DNA from: Octopus sinensis
Taxonomy: Eukaryota
NCBI RefSeq assembly: GCF_006345805.1
Contig: NC_043008.1
Coordinates: forward strand, 29,450,001-29,514,000
DNA length: 64,000 bases
Direction: 5' to 3'
Below are positions 39,591-52,320 of this stretch, piece by piece. The notes beneath the pieces were generated by a model, which saw only the letters and a program-made list of their open reading frames with translations, ran no database searches and was not told the origin of the DNA. The stretch's first letter is position 1. Each line of letters opens with the position of its first letter. A program made the position numbers and the translations under genes.

Positions 39591-39967
39591 TATTATTATT
39601 ATTATTATTATTAATATCATTAATATATGTTATGTTGGAATTGGTAAGGGCAGTGTCGCTACTCCTAGGTGCTGAATCCTTATTTAGCAGCTTATTATTA
39701 TGGGAGGTAATTATCTGCGATAGGTTTCTAGTGTTGGAATTATGCAATCCTCACCTTATGCGAATTGATAGTAGAGTAATACTTAGAATTCCTGGGAAAG
39801 TTCCTAGCTACGGCTTCACGGAATTGTAAAGGGAGGTTAGACCTGATTTGTTTCCCGAAAGGAATGACAAACCAGATAAAGATTTTTGGGGACTTAGAAT
39901 AGCTCAGAGTGCTAACATTTACATTAAAGGATAATTTACATATGGATAACCGAATTATCCATAACAA
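38867..39967 (-). pseudogene. PLE ORF remnant (GIY-YIG endonuclease) broken by two compensating 1-bp indels
   Basis: Frames 39967-39740, 39747-39590 and 39589-38867 join if one base is removed near 39740 and one restored in (AAT)n near 39589. Confidence 0.8.
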
Positions 39968-39986
39968 GATAATTCATTCAACTACT

Positions 39987-40049
<63 letters not shown>

Positions 40050-41577
40050 TTTAAGATCTGCTTGTTTCCTTCGTAAGTGGGTATAAGGTTTTGTATATTA
40101 TATATTGAATCATCAGTAAAGCCTTATAGGTTTACTCGTATGTATTTGCTCAAGACACAATTTTGGGAAATAGTTCTTCTTCATATAATTACTTAGAAAA
40201 AGAAAATAACCACTAAACGTTATTAAAAATTGTTAGCAGCAATTGAAAAGGGATGTAAAAAATATATTTGAAAAATCAAAGAAAAATATGAAAGGTCGAT
40301 TAAAGATTAAAAATGTAAAACTCATCCGCATGGTAAATTCACTCAATAAAAGTTGAAAGACTGAAAAGAATATATAAGGCGAGAATATTTTATAAATAAT
40401 CGATGGTGATAGAAAGTAATAACCAGAGAGAAATTACAAAAATATACATGAAAGAACATATGTTTTGAAAAAGAAAATAAACATACTTTCAAAAGTTTTA
40501 AAAAATATGAGAACAAAGTCTTCTTAATTTTCACTGTTTCCTTAGAAATTGCCTCTTGAGTTGTTCAACTGTTGTAAAATTAAAAGGTAATGGCTAATCT
40601 ATCATATCAGCAGAGATATACCAAAGATAACGAATAAGCAACGTGTATATAGTATAAAGCAAAGCCAGCCTTTATCGATTTTTACCGTATGTGCAAGATC
40701 ATAAATAAAGTAGACATAACAGAAGAGGTGGTAACATGAGATATATATATAACATTGAAAACTGTTTTACCATAATAGCATTTTTCGAAATTACATGAGT
40801 AGAAGTTTCTTGGGACCTTATATATACATGAATACAAGTGACACAATCGGTAGTAAAAGAATCAGTCGACTTCATATTATATCTTTTAACAAATAACTAT
40901 TCGTCAGTATATGCGATTTGTCATTTTTGTTTTTTTGCAACAGCGAGTAACAAAGCACATCACCATGTAGTTAAATATTTACATCAAGAATCTGTTATAT
41001 AAGACTGAAGATGATCAATGTTACAAATTATAAATGCTCTGCTAAGAACCATACCATTTCATTAATTTCTTTATTTCTTACATATAAATAATTCACACAT
41101 TATACCTATGAAATACGTACAAGGAATCAGGTTAGCATAATTGAACACTAAAAGAGCAATATATTACTGCTTTGTATTTTGATTAATCTGATTAAATGGA
41201 TAATTTCTTTGCTAAACAGAAAGGTGTAGGAGCAAAAAGAGAAATGAATTAAACTGACGAAAATCTCAATATTCGTCTGGTTTGCTTTAGTATTTGGAAC
41301 ACTAATATAAGCGATAAGAAACCTCGACTAGAGTCTTAATATTTCAAGTATTCGTTGAACCCTTGATTTCACCTTGCAATGGACTGTTAAAAGATTTCGC
41401 CGAAAAATACATAGTAAATATAAGACATATCATACACATTCAAGATGCCATGAATACCATTAAATGACCAGGCACGCGACTGACAGAAGAGACAAAAGCA
41501 AAAATACAAAACAATGTATATAAAAGCAACAAATATTTCTATATTCTTGTAACTAGAATCAGTTTACAGAAGTTTGA

Positions 41578-41579
41578 TA

Positions 41580-41634
<55 letters not shown>

Positions 41635-41707
41635 ATTATTATTATTATTATTATTGTTGTTGTTGTTGTTGATGTTAATATTATTATTATTATCATTATT
41701 ATTGTTA

Positions 41708-41750
<43 letters not shown>
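41578..41750. repeat. (ATT)n microsatellite
   Basis: Direct reading. Confidence 0.95.
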
Positions 41751-41751
41751 A

Positions 41752-42030
41752 TAGTTTTAACTTTTTATATCGTGCTTACACTTCACTAGCGATCGCAGCT
41801 CTGTGTGCCTTGGGTATGTGCTGTGGTTTATAGTGAAACTCTTATACTTACTGTATTGAAAGTGTTTTGCGTAGGATGTGTGCAGTGCCCAGTAGTGCAA
41901 TTTTCTTTATGTTATATATACTTGTAAGTCCTGGTGTTTTGTTGTGTATTTGTCTGAATATTTTTTTATTATACCTAATGCGCCTGTTATGATAGGAATT
42001 GTTTCTGTTTTTAGATTCTACATTCGGGTT
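41752..42030 (-). mobile_element. Short 3' end of the R4/Dong-like LINE family at 4172-5632
   Basis: KTPGLTSIYNIKKIALLGTAHILRKTLSIQ* plus 3' UTR; colinear with 4172-4450. Confidence 0.88.
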
Positions 42031-42049
42031 ATTATTATTATTATTATTA

Positions 42050-42110
<61 letters not shown>

Positions 42111-42112
42111 CA

Positions 42113-42661
42113 TTGAGTGAGCGAGCAGAGCATGCCATCAAAGTGACACTGGGGTAAAATATACGAAGCCCAGTATACCCATCATGACTACCCGTCTGAT
42201 AAGGGTACACCAGGCACATGCATCACAACCATATGTGCGCGACATGGTGATCTCATATCAAGATAAACAGCACATGACCTTGCAGGTGGAGCCCAGTTAG
42301 AATTTTCTTCAGATCGAGTAACCCATCCCGCTCAAAAGGTCCCTGAATAAGGGTTGTTTAAGGATGTTGAACGAAACACCCATGTTTCCAGAGGTGAATT
42401 ATTCAAACTCCAAAGAATCCTTCTCAACACATGGCTATGATGTTCCCCCACTACTTCTGCTCGTGATCAGAGATGCACATATCGTCAGCCACTAAGGGAC
42501 ATGCTCAACTGGTTATGGTCAAACAACTGACAAGCAAATCTGTGGTATTGAGCAGAATATTTCCTGTAGCCCATCTTTTATACCAAGACAAACAATGTAC
42601 ATGATAACACTTCCAATCATTTAAGATCAGAAGCCATGAGAGCCACTGCCTGGTACTGCAT

Positions 42662-42665
<4 letters not shown>
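42113..42665 (-). mobile_element. About 550-bp (AAT)n-tailed non-coding retro-repeat, inverted homologue of 17137-17650
   Basis: Colinear homology; (ATT)n on both sides. Confidence 0.85.
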
Positions 42666-42729
<64 letters not shown>

Positions 42730-42737
42730 CATTATTA

Positions 42738-42816
<79 letters not shown>

Positions 42817-43364
42817 TACTCATCTTCTGACTTTCTAAAGAAAAGAGTTTTTAGTCTACCTGATGATTAGGAATAAAAAAAGTGAGGACATTTTCTTTAT
42901 CAACTAAGCCTTCATCTTCATCATTCCCTCTTAAATGGATAAGATAGAGAGGGCGACGATTGCATGTAGTAATATGCGACAGAGTTAACGAGCTTACACT
43001 CACAGTGCATTCAGAACGAAGAACACTTTTTTGTTAAGTATAGTAGATAAGGAAGCTCTTGTTCCAATAATTGAACCAGGTGGGATTTCACAGTTAGCAA
43101 TATATTATATTATCATCATTTAGACGATGTGCGTACATGTTTGTTGTTTTCTTTCAAAACATTGCGTCAATCGACAAATATTTTCCACATTCTTCCCCGC
43201 TATTTTGTGTATATTGTGGCAATAGAGAAGCTATACTCCCCCTTCTCTCTACTGCATTCTCAGACTTTTCCTCTTTTCCTTTGCATTGCTATTGTTTTCC
43301 ATATTCCTAATATCATTACACATGCGCTCACAAGTACGACCATGCAGACATACACAAATATGCA

Positions 43365-43467
43365 TATTTGTATATATATATATATATATATATATAACAA
43401 ACACGTATACTTATACATAAACATAAATATGTATATATTATATATATATATATAATATATATAATAT

Positions 43468-43513
<46 letters not shown>

Positions 43514-43564
43514 TATATATATAAAAGAAATCACGTATACTATACATAAACATATATATGTATG

Positions 43565-43595
<31 letters not shown>

Positions 43596-43618
43596 ATATA
43601 TATATATGTATGTATATA

Positions 43619-43658
<40 letters not shown>

Positions 43659-43665
43659 TATTATA

Positions 43666-43709
<44 letters not shown>

Positions 43710-43790
43710 ATATATATATATATATATATATGTCGATATATATATAAACGTACACACGCATGATTATACATAAGCATATATATATATATG
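43365..43790. repeat. Long imperfect (TA)n microsatellite
   Basis: Direct reading. Confidence 0.95.
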
Positions 43791-44423
43791 TATGAAAAGG
43801 AACACACGTACACTCTTCGAATATACACCAGCACACACATATATACACGTAGCTACAAAATGATTGAACGATTAATTTCCGCTAAAATTTACAATCTAAC
43901 AAAATATCACATTTCCCAAATCGGAAGACCAAGAAATAAAAGTCGAAAATTTATAGAAATGTATAATAATAAACAAAACTAATAAACAAAACAGAGCGAA
44001 ACACAAACAAGAACATAACAAAACTCACTAGACTGTAACAAATGGTCAAATATAATTATAATTGCACTTAAATATCAAAAGATCCATATCTTTTCTCATA
44101 ATCTGCTATACATCATTTACACACAGCATTTATACATGTATAATTTAATGTAAACTAAACCTGATGTTATTCGTAGAGTTAGAAAATTAATTATATTTTT
44201 ATTTTCAGAAGTATACGAAACAAATCACTAATTTTGCAGCATACTTACAGAAATGTGCATGCGCGCGCATGTGTATATGTGTGTGTGAGTTTGTGTGTGT
44301 GTGTTTGTGTCTGTTCGTGTGTCTAAATGAATCTAAATGTGTATGAATATTTATGTGTGAATATATATCTATATATATATATATACATATATATTATATA
44401 TATATATATATATAATATATATA

Positions 44424-44463
<40 letters not shown>

Positions 44464-46428
44464 TCTAGTTTAGTGGAAAGTGTTTGTGGATTTATTCATG
44501 GTTTCTGGAGATTACTTACATTGATATTGGTTGTTTTTCGTCAAAGATAATCTCATTATGCTTGGATTACGTTTAAATATTGGTGTCTAGTTTAGGGGGG
44601 GGGTTCTGTGGCTTACAGAGACTGAAAAACAGACATACAAACAGAAGGAGGTACACCGATAGACAGATAGACATATAGCTAGATATAAGCATTCATGTAT
44701 ACTTAAATAAACAGGCACTTAGATATACACACATGTAGATACGCTTACATAGAGACCTACCTTCATACACATAAAGCAATGACATTCCTGTTTTAATCGA
44801 AGCCTGTTAGTCGAAATCACTTTGACTTATCGACTTATAGGAGGATATAGATACAAGTGTGCGAGTATATGCAAACAAACTCACACACGAACAGAAGAAA
44901 TCAAACAGACACCGACACATAGAGCCGTACATATGCATTTTCGTATAATAATGTTTATATCAACTATTCAAGACAAACACGGCCACTTCAGTCAATGTGT
45001 TGCCACTCAACTCACTAGTAGTAAAAATAGTACCCTCACTTCTTCAGAAATAACATTCGAATAATTTGAATAATGACAAATCTTACTGAAATATTTCTAG
45101 GTTCAACAGTAAGATAAAAAAATCCAACTAAAAGCCTTTTGACTGAAATCATGAATTAAACTATTATTATCACTCAATAATCAAGAAATATTGTCAAGCA
45201 GAAATCATTTTGACAGTTATTTTGAATATTGTGTAAGAAATGAATACTATATATTTGTTTGAAATTTTACTGCAGAACAATTTATAATGTTAAAATATTT
45301 TCGAAATAGAATATCAAGCGTTAGACAATATCTAACGATCCTGCCAGTAAGTAGAAACGTGATAAAACCTATCTAGTAGTTATTTCTCTCCCACTAAATA
45401 TCTGTCTCTCTCAAACACACACGCGCACACACACACACATGCATCTAGCAATGAATACTTAATATAAATAAATGTTAAGTGCATCAGAGAGTATTCTACA
45501 TATAGTTTCTATATTGTCTTAATTTGCTATATATATTTTGCATTTTCCAAGAAAATATGCCCGCACTCTGTAGTTGCAAAGATTATCTACAGTAAAACAT
45601 TCATTTAAATTTTTAGTCTTCTTATCTTGTGCAGTGTATAGTAATTGTATTACAATGTATCTCATTAAAGTCACATCTACCATTGCTATCTGAAAACCAA
45701 CGGAAATGCTGAATGAATATATACGAACTTAAAAATAGAAGTTAGACTATCCTAAAACACGTATAGCAGTGACGGTCATAAATATCAAGAGTGAAATAAA
45801 AAAATATTCAACAATTATTTGCAGCACAAATGCCAAGATCATAAATGATATGACAATGGAGTACAAAAATTTTGAGAAAGTGAAAAATATTTTTTAACAA
45901 AAATTTTCATTGGTAGCAATAAATTTCTCTTGAATTATTTTTTAATCTAAATACGTAAATTAATTACTATGTACCTTTATAAAAACACGAGAATTAAAAA
46001 AACCGAGAATCACGTAAAAATTAAAACAAATCTGCATGTATAAGAATATAAAGAGACATTTGAAGTATCATATATCAATAAATTTGAAGAAAAATCTAAT
46101 TAAGTCGTAAAAATCACTTGTAAAATGTTAAAAATAATCTGGTTGTAAATAATTGCATATATAATATTTCATCTTGTAAACAGAAGACCTATTAAAGCTC
46201 ATAGCCTTGCCTTTTCAAATAACTCCTGCCTAAATCTGGAGGAAAATATAAACAATTGATGCTAAATATAACTAATTTAAATGATGCGAATGTATATAAA
46301 GTTGGGTTTTAAAAGGCACGAAGAATAGTTTTGAGAACATGAACAGAATACTTAAAAACTGCGAGCTGAATAACTTTTAAGAAAGCATTAAAAATTGCGG
46401 GGGTAAATATTATTATACAACGTCGGAC

Positions 46429-48464
46429 TGTTATAACATCCACGTCGGCATAACTGTATAGTCACTTAGAGAGGTAAGACACGTTTATCTATGACCGACT
46501 CCACTGACCACTCGACGTCACAGTATTTGTAACGACTTCATATGTCACTAGTCACGTGCTAGGTGTGCCTCATTATTATCCCCATAACATTTTCCTTTGT
46601 AAGTTTTTTTGTCTTTTTTATGGAGACCGTGGTCCGTCTTCTCGTTTATTCCTAGGCTTTCAAGTCCTTCAAGTTCTTTATTTACCTGTTGTATTGCTGG
46701 GAACAGTACATTACCCTTTGGCTTAGATACCGGTCTTGTACTTTGTTTTACTACAAATTTTGCCATCATTTTCGTGCAACAGCTTAGTTATCTGAGAAAA
46801 TAGGTGAAAATGAATGTTTTAATCTTTCGTTTCAATCCCTGTGCCATTCGAACTTTCAACTGAACCGACTATATTCCGACACAAAACACTTCTTGTCGTA
46901 TTCCACAATTTAAAAGTTCAATCCACTCTTTGGCGAATAGATTAACTAAATGTTTTAAGACATATACTTTTTTCTGTTTCAATTGGATCACGCGCGAATT
47001 CACCGATAAAATACAATATTTTACCCGTAAGACCGTGTGCTACTTTCGTAGATTTACTTAATTTTGGCTCATCGATATACTTCCAATTTTCTTCATTCAC
47101 AATGGTCATATCACTTTCGGTATCTAACTGCATTTTTACTCTTATATTTTCAATTCTTACATTTACGAATTTCCTCTTTCCAGTTTTCCGACGAGATCTT
47201 ATTCACTCTTTTTACTTTGTTCCAATGTTTTGCTATTTTGGTTTTACAGTGGGATGTTATGCATCCACTTTTTCCACAACGGAAATATTCTACTACCTTA
47301 AATGGATAATTTTTTCTCATGTGTAGACCTCCACATCCAGCACATGGGTTTGGTTCCTGACTGTTGTACTGTTTGTACTGCAATTCAGTACACACTTGAT
47401 TTCTATTCTGCTTGTTTCTCACTTGCTTTTTATGTTCAATTTTCTCTGCGTCGTGCCTTAAATTGATTATTCTTCTACCCTCTCTGACACTTTCTGTAAG
47501 GTTACAGCTTGGTTTTCTTCCAGTTTGGCGAGAATTCTTGTTCTTCCTTCTACGTATTTTTCTACATTTAGTCCCTGAGTAAATATCAGACACTTGAACA
47601 TGTTTGGTGTTAGCTCGTCCAGTTTGAACTTTTGATTTTCTCTGTTAACTCTAACATCATATGTGATGCAGTCCTCGTTCTTTTCTAGGCTTCAACATTC
47701 CCAGCGTGTATTGAACGACGAGCTTTTCTCGCGAAAAGTTTTTCAAAATATGTCGTATTTTAAAAATTTGTATGAATGATTTTTGGGGGGTACGTAATTG
47801 CTGAAACGTTCATGTTCTCCTTCTTCCAGTTTTGTTTTTATTAGAAGCGATTTCATATCGTCGTCCCAATATTTGCACGCTTTATAGTACCCCTAGAAGG
47901 TAACTCCAGTATAGCATTCCTCGAATGTAACTGCTTCGTCTGGTCCATACATAAATTCTGTTACTGAGCTTGAAGGAACATTTGGCGATAACATTTTTTC
48001 AGCATTTTTGGGCGACTTACTGTTCATTAATTGCAGCATTTGTTGTTGTAATAGTATTTGTTGTCGTTACTGTTCTTTCGTTGTTGTTTTTGTTGTTGTT
48101 GTTGTTGCTATTTTTGCAACTCGAGTAAACCGGCCATCAAATCTTCCATAATTTTACAATTTTACTATACCGTAACATTCGCTCAAGAATCTTTTGAGTT
48201 TGATTAATACTCGTGCGTTTATTAATTCTTCGTGAGTTTCTTAATTCCTTGTCAGTTTGTTAATTCATCGTTGCCGCTGTTGTAATCCATCGTAGGATTG
48301 ATATAACGTCGACCCCAGTATAGCAGTATAGTTAGTTAGACAGGCAAGGCACGACTATTTATGAACGACTCCACCGACAGCTTGACGTCACATATTTTTA
48401 CCGACTAGCAAACATCACTCGTTATGTGTGGGGGGTGCTGCATTATTATTTTATCCCCATGACA
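46429..48464 (-). mobile_element. Internally deleted Ty3/Gypsy LTR retrotransposon (gag, protease, start of RT) with two short LTRs
   Basis: LTRs 46429-46588 (TGTTAT...ATAACA) and 48299-48464 (TG...CA); gag-like WDDDMK.LL...L...EHERF.NY..PK; knuckle CAGCGGLH...CGKSG....HC; protease MQLDTESD; RT start AKFVVKQSTRPVSKPK; purine tract AAAGGAAAA next to the 3' LTR. Confidence 0.85.
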
Positions 48465-49134
48465 TAAAGGTTATAGTAAGTTATTGAATATACAAAACTG
48501 AATGATAAGAACAAAATCACTCGAGGTTTTGACAATATGCCCTAAAAAACATTTTCCGACAGAGTATATAGAAGTCTTAGCGTTTGCATAGAGAAGCAAC
48601 AGAAACAATAATATAAATATAGGATGATGATTTACAAAAAATGCAGTTCTTTATGTGATATTCTCGGATATAGATGTCAATGCTGACCTACCAAATAGAT
48701 ATAGTAGTAAAAGTAAACTTATATGTATACTCAATCTTTGATATGTACTATATTTCCGATGGAAATACAGACTTCAAAGCAAACGAAAGCAAATGTAGTT
48801 GGATAACAAGATTAAAAAATAAATTAAAGTAAAAATAAAGGAAAAACAATGCATAATTACATAAATATACAGAGAGCAACAACACAGTCCATGAATACAA
48901 ATGTGCTTTGTTACAGTAATAAGAATATTGTTACTATTGAAGAAATATTTGAGAGAGTAAACACGAAAAATACCTGACAATCCTTCAACTCACGAATTGC
49001 AAAAGCTATAGATTTTTTTTACATTGCGCAGGTATCTTAAAATAAAACCTGTCAATATGAGAGAAAACAAAGAAATGCTGACAAAGAGCACGCTCCAAGT
49101 AAAGACTTCATATGCGTACGTGTATACGTATATA

Positions 49135-49142
49135 TATACATA

Positions 49143-49219
<77 letters not shown>

Positions 49220-49271
49220 ATCATATACATATATATATGTATAGACACATACATACACACAGATATATATG

Positions 49272-49338
<67 letters not shown>

Positions 49339-49400
49339 ATACACACATATAAGTATATATGTATGTATGTATGTATGTATATATATATATATATATATAT
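49135..49400. repeat. (TA)n/(CATA)n microsatellite
   Basis: Direct reading. Confidence 0.95.
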
Positions 49401-50196
49401 GAACACTTTGAAACAAATATGCTGCATTTTTTCCTAAAGGAGAAAAGCTGTTTCATCAGGAGAAAAATATTTTAGTACAACCTGAAGCGTACTTTGCCAA
49501 TCCCTAATATTATTGTGCAGCGTTTGGTATGACCAGGATATGTTGGGGAAAAGACTATAATAATAAAGTCTTGTGCAGACAATAGACCAGATATTTCAGA
49601 GGAATTTCCTATTGATAACATTACAATTAGTATTTTAGAATTAATTTATGTTTGACCCTAAAGGATGGAAGCTTTCATTAGGAGTATTTGTATGCAGAAT
49701 GCAAATGACCCCATAAATCATTATGTCTAATTCTCTAACGATTCTGCGTTTGTACGTTTTCAAACAAACAAGACATCAAATGTTTCTAACGCAGCAGGTG
49801 TTCAATTTCTGCTTTAAAGATCTGATACAAATTCTTGAAGACATTGTGTATTTGAGTTCTAAAGATTTAGATGCCCACGATACTCACTGTAATCCATATA
49901 TCATTCATTGTCACCTACGTGCTGTCCCTACCATCACCGAACCCAACAACGCAACTAAAATGTGTTATGTAAAAGACAAAGGTAATTCAAATATTAAAGT
50001 TTATAATATACTCTTTTTATACATGTTTCAATCATTTGACTGCGGACATGCAGTCAAACTCTTATTCTTATTCTTTCTAAGTCTTATTCTGTCGTTCTCT
50101 TTTGCCGAGCCGCTAATTTACGGGGATGTAAACACACCAGCATCGGTTGTCGAGTAATGTTAGGGGACAAACACAGACATACAAACATATACACAC

Positions 50197-50248
<52 letters not shown>

Positions 50249-50304
50249 CATTATTGGTGAATTGAAGAAATGGAGCTGAACGCAGATTGAACAGAAATCG
50301 TTTT

Positions 50305-50395
50305 ATTTCATTCTACACGTGTTTCGAAAGGCACAAATTACCAAAATCCGATTGAATAATGGGACCATATTGTGTCTTTCTCTTCAGGAAGAAAA
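50305..50395 (-). ncRNA. Type I hammerhead ribozyme motif (CUGAAGA core, GUA triplet)
   Basis: UUUCUUC-CUGAAGA (50387-50381), stem II GAAAGACACAA/UUGUGCCUUUC, GAAAC-ACGU-GUA, then GAAUGAAA. Confidence 0.82.
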
Positions 50396-51193
50396 TAGGA
50401 AATCCGTTGGAAAAACAAAAACAGAACAGAGGCGGAGCAAAACAAATCGAACTATGCTCCTAAGAGCCCATGGCGAAACTGTTTATCAGTGTATGTTGAG
50501 AACCGGTGGCTGAAGAATTTAACGGGTCAGGCATCGGTCAATCATGTGGGTGAGGGTGTGTAGGTGTTCTTTGTGACCGAGAATAAAGTTCTGACTATTT
50601 AAGGAATATTGGATGTTTTATAAGGGGCGACAAAAAATCTACTTAGAGACGTGTGTGTGTGTATACTGTTCTATATATGTGTGTTGGCGTAGGGGTAGAA
50701 AACATTTTTTGTGTACGTGTGTGCGTTTGATCGTTCGGCTGTCAGTGGCTACTGCCGTCAGAACCGTTGGGTGGCAGAAAAAAAATATATATATATTATG
50801 TTTTATGTGTGTGTGTGTTCATCTAAGCCTGCCTTGTCAAGGAAACCCCCCGCTGTGAAAAAACCAAGCCCCGTTTGTCTTACAGGAGTAATTCCCCTTG
50901 CAGTGGCTAATCGTAGATATCTTAAAGGCTATTTCAGAATTTGTTACCGAGGGCTATGGGTGCCGGTATTATTTATAAACGCTATTTAAAAGCCAGATAA
51001 GTGTAGCGCCGCCAATGGGGGCATCGAAAAGCCGACTGTAAAAGCCCGTTTACCATCCGGCCTCTGGCAAACAAAATATGGAAGAGTTCGGAGACACAAA
51101 GGTTGCACTGCCTTCTGCCCCTTCTGCAGTGCAACCTTTGTGTCTCCGAAATCTTCCATATTTTGTTTGCCAGAGGGCGGATGGTAAACGGGC

Positions 51194-51280
51194 TTTTCCT
51201 GAAGAGAAAGACACAATATGGTCCCATTATTCAATCGGATTTTGGTAATTTGTGCCTTTCGAAACACGTGTAGAATGAAA
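51194..51280 (+). ncRNA. Type I hammerhead ribozyme motif, inverted duplicate of 50305-50395
   Basis: CUGAAGA 51199-51205; stem II 10/11 bp (51206-51216 / 51250-51260); GAAAC 51261-51265; GUA 51270-51272. Confidence 0.82.
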
Positions 51281-51488
51281 TAAAACGATTTCTGTTCAAT
51301 CTGCGTTCAGCTCCATTTCTTCAATTCACCAATAATGTTTTAATTTCAATTATCCGCACCAACGCACGGTTGCAACACCATATGGTTGTACCTCCAACCG
51401 TGCTGTTTACTGCTGTGATTTTTGCTACTGAGGTATCGGTTAAACTTTTGATTAATCTACTACAATATTATTCATCTTTCTATTTCAC

Positions 51489-51541
<53 letters not shown>

Positions 51542-51799
51542 GACGGGCTTCTTTCAGTTTCCGTCTGCCAAATCCACTTACAAGGCTTTGGTCGGCCAGA
51601 AGCTATAGTAGAAGACACTTGCCCAAGGTGCAACGCAGTGGTATTAAACCCGGAATCATATAGTTGGAAAGCAAGCTACTTACAACAAAGCCACTACTGC
51701 ACCTATTATATGCACAGTTTTAATGCATATAATTAGGAGAATATAATTATATAAAAATTAAGCTTACACACCTCTCGAAACGTTCCTGTTAAAATCTAC

Positions 51800-52320
51800 A
51801 TGCTATACACTCTCCTGCATTGAGAGGTACAACAAAGGTAAAGGATCACATCTTGCAAATCGTTACGTATAATAAAATATAGGTCTATTTTATGTTCTGT
51901 TATTATTCTGTCCATTCCAAGCTTTTCTGACTGCAATTGCATTTGCCTCGATATCCGTAAATAATGTGAATATTCCTCGTATATATTGTATAATATTTTT
52001 ATTTGGCATTTTCTCTGCATATTTAATTTTGTTCAGTTCAGTAGTTCCTTACATCTCTAATGAGAAATTCCGTCTTTCGTAATATATGTGCTCTTCGTGA
52101 GTGGTGAGAGTTTCTTCTCAGGGTATTCTGGTTTTTATCCGTTGTGTTTTTTCTCCTGTGTATATTAATTGTGTGTTGAGTTATAATACAAAGAATTTTG
52201 CATCCAACATAAGAGTTACTCAATAATTTTGTTCTGTAGTTACAAACTTATCACTTTTAACAAGATTAATATTGACAGACTAAGAAGTTTCGACCATCTT
52301 CCCTAACGGTCTCTGTCACA
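51800..52320 (-). mobile_element. Possible old PLE relic with core-deleted hammerhead
   Basis: UGACA-GA-GACCG...UGGUC-GAAAC-UUCUUA-GUC-UGUCA at 52318-52273; downstream degenerate coding-like sequence (IRGIFTLFTDIEAN..AVRK). The family call is inference. Confidence 0.45.

Larger units (their letters stand above)
38125..39970 (-). mobile_element. Penelope-like element, 3' half (linker, GIY-YIG endonuclease, 3' UTR, hammerhead terminus)
   Basis: IWFVIPFGKQIRSNL...RNFPRNSKYY...KVRIA-YSNTRNL linker; IYHCKI...FYIGA...RISN.YSTF...STGLSKLVWRLK...CGVC.SELFYIL...CMH endonuclease and CCHH-type region; bounded by (TA)n at both ends. Confidence 0.85.
50247..51490 (-). mobile_element. Penelope-like element relic with inverted termini and internal foldback
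   Basis: CNLCVSELFHILFARG...FRCPHWRRYTY* is homologous to the end of the 38867 ORF; perfect 144-bp inverted repeat 50247-50390 / 51196-51339. Confidence 0.85.
50010..51701 (-). mobile_element. Family C SINE split by a PLE insertion (3' half 50010-50190, 5' half 51541-51701)
   Basis: Both halves match the reverse complement of 34691-35044 and break at the SINE internal (TA)n. Confidence 0.8.
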
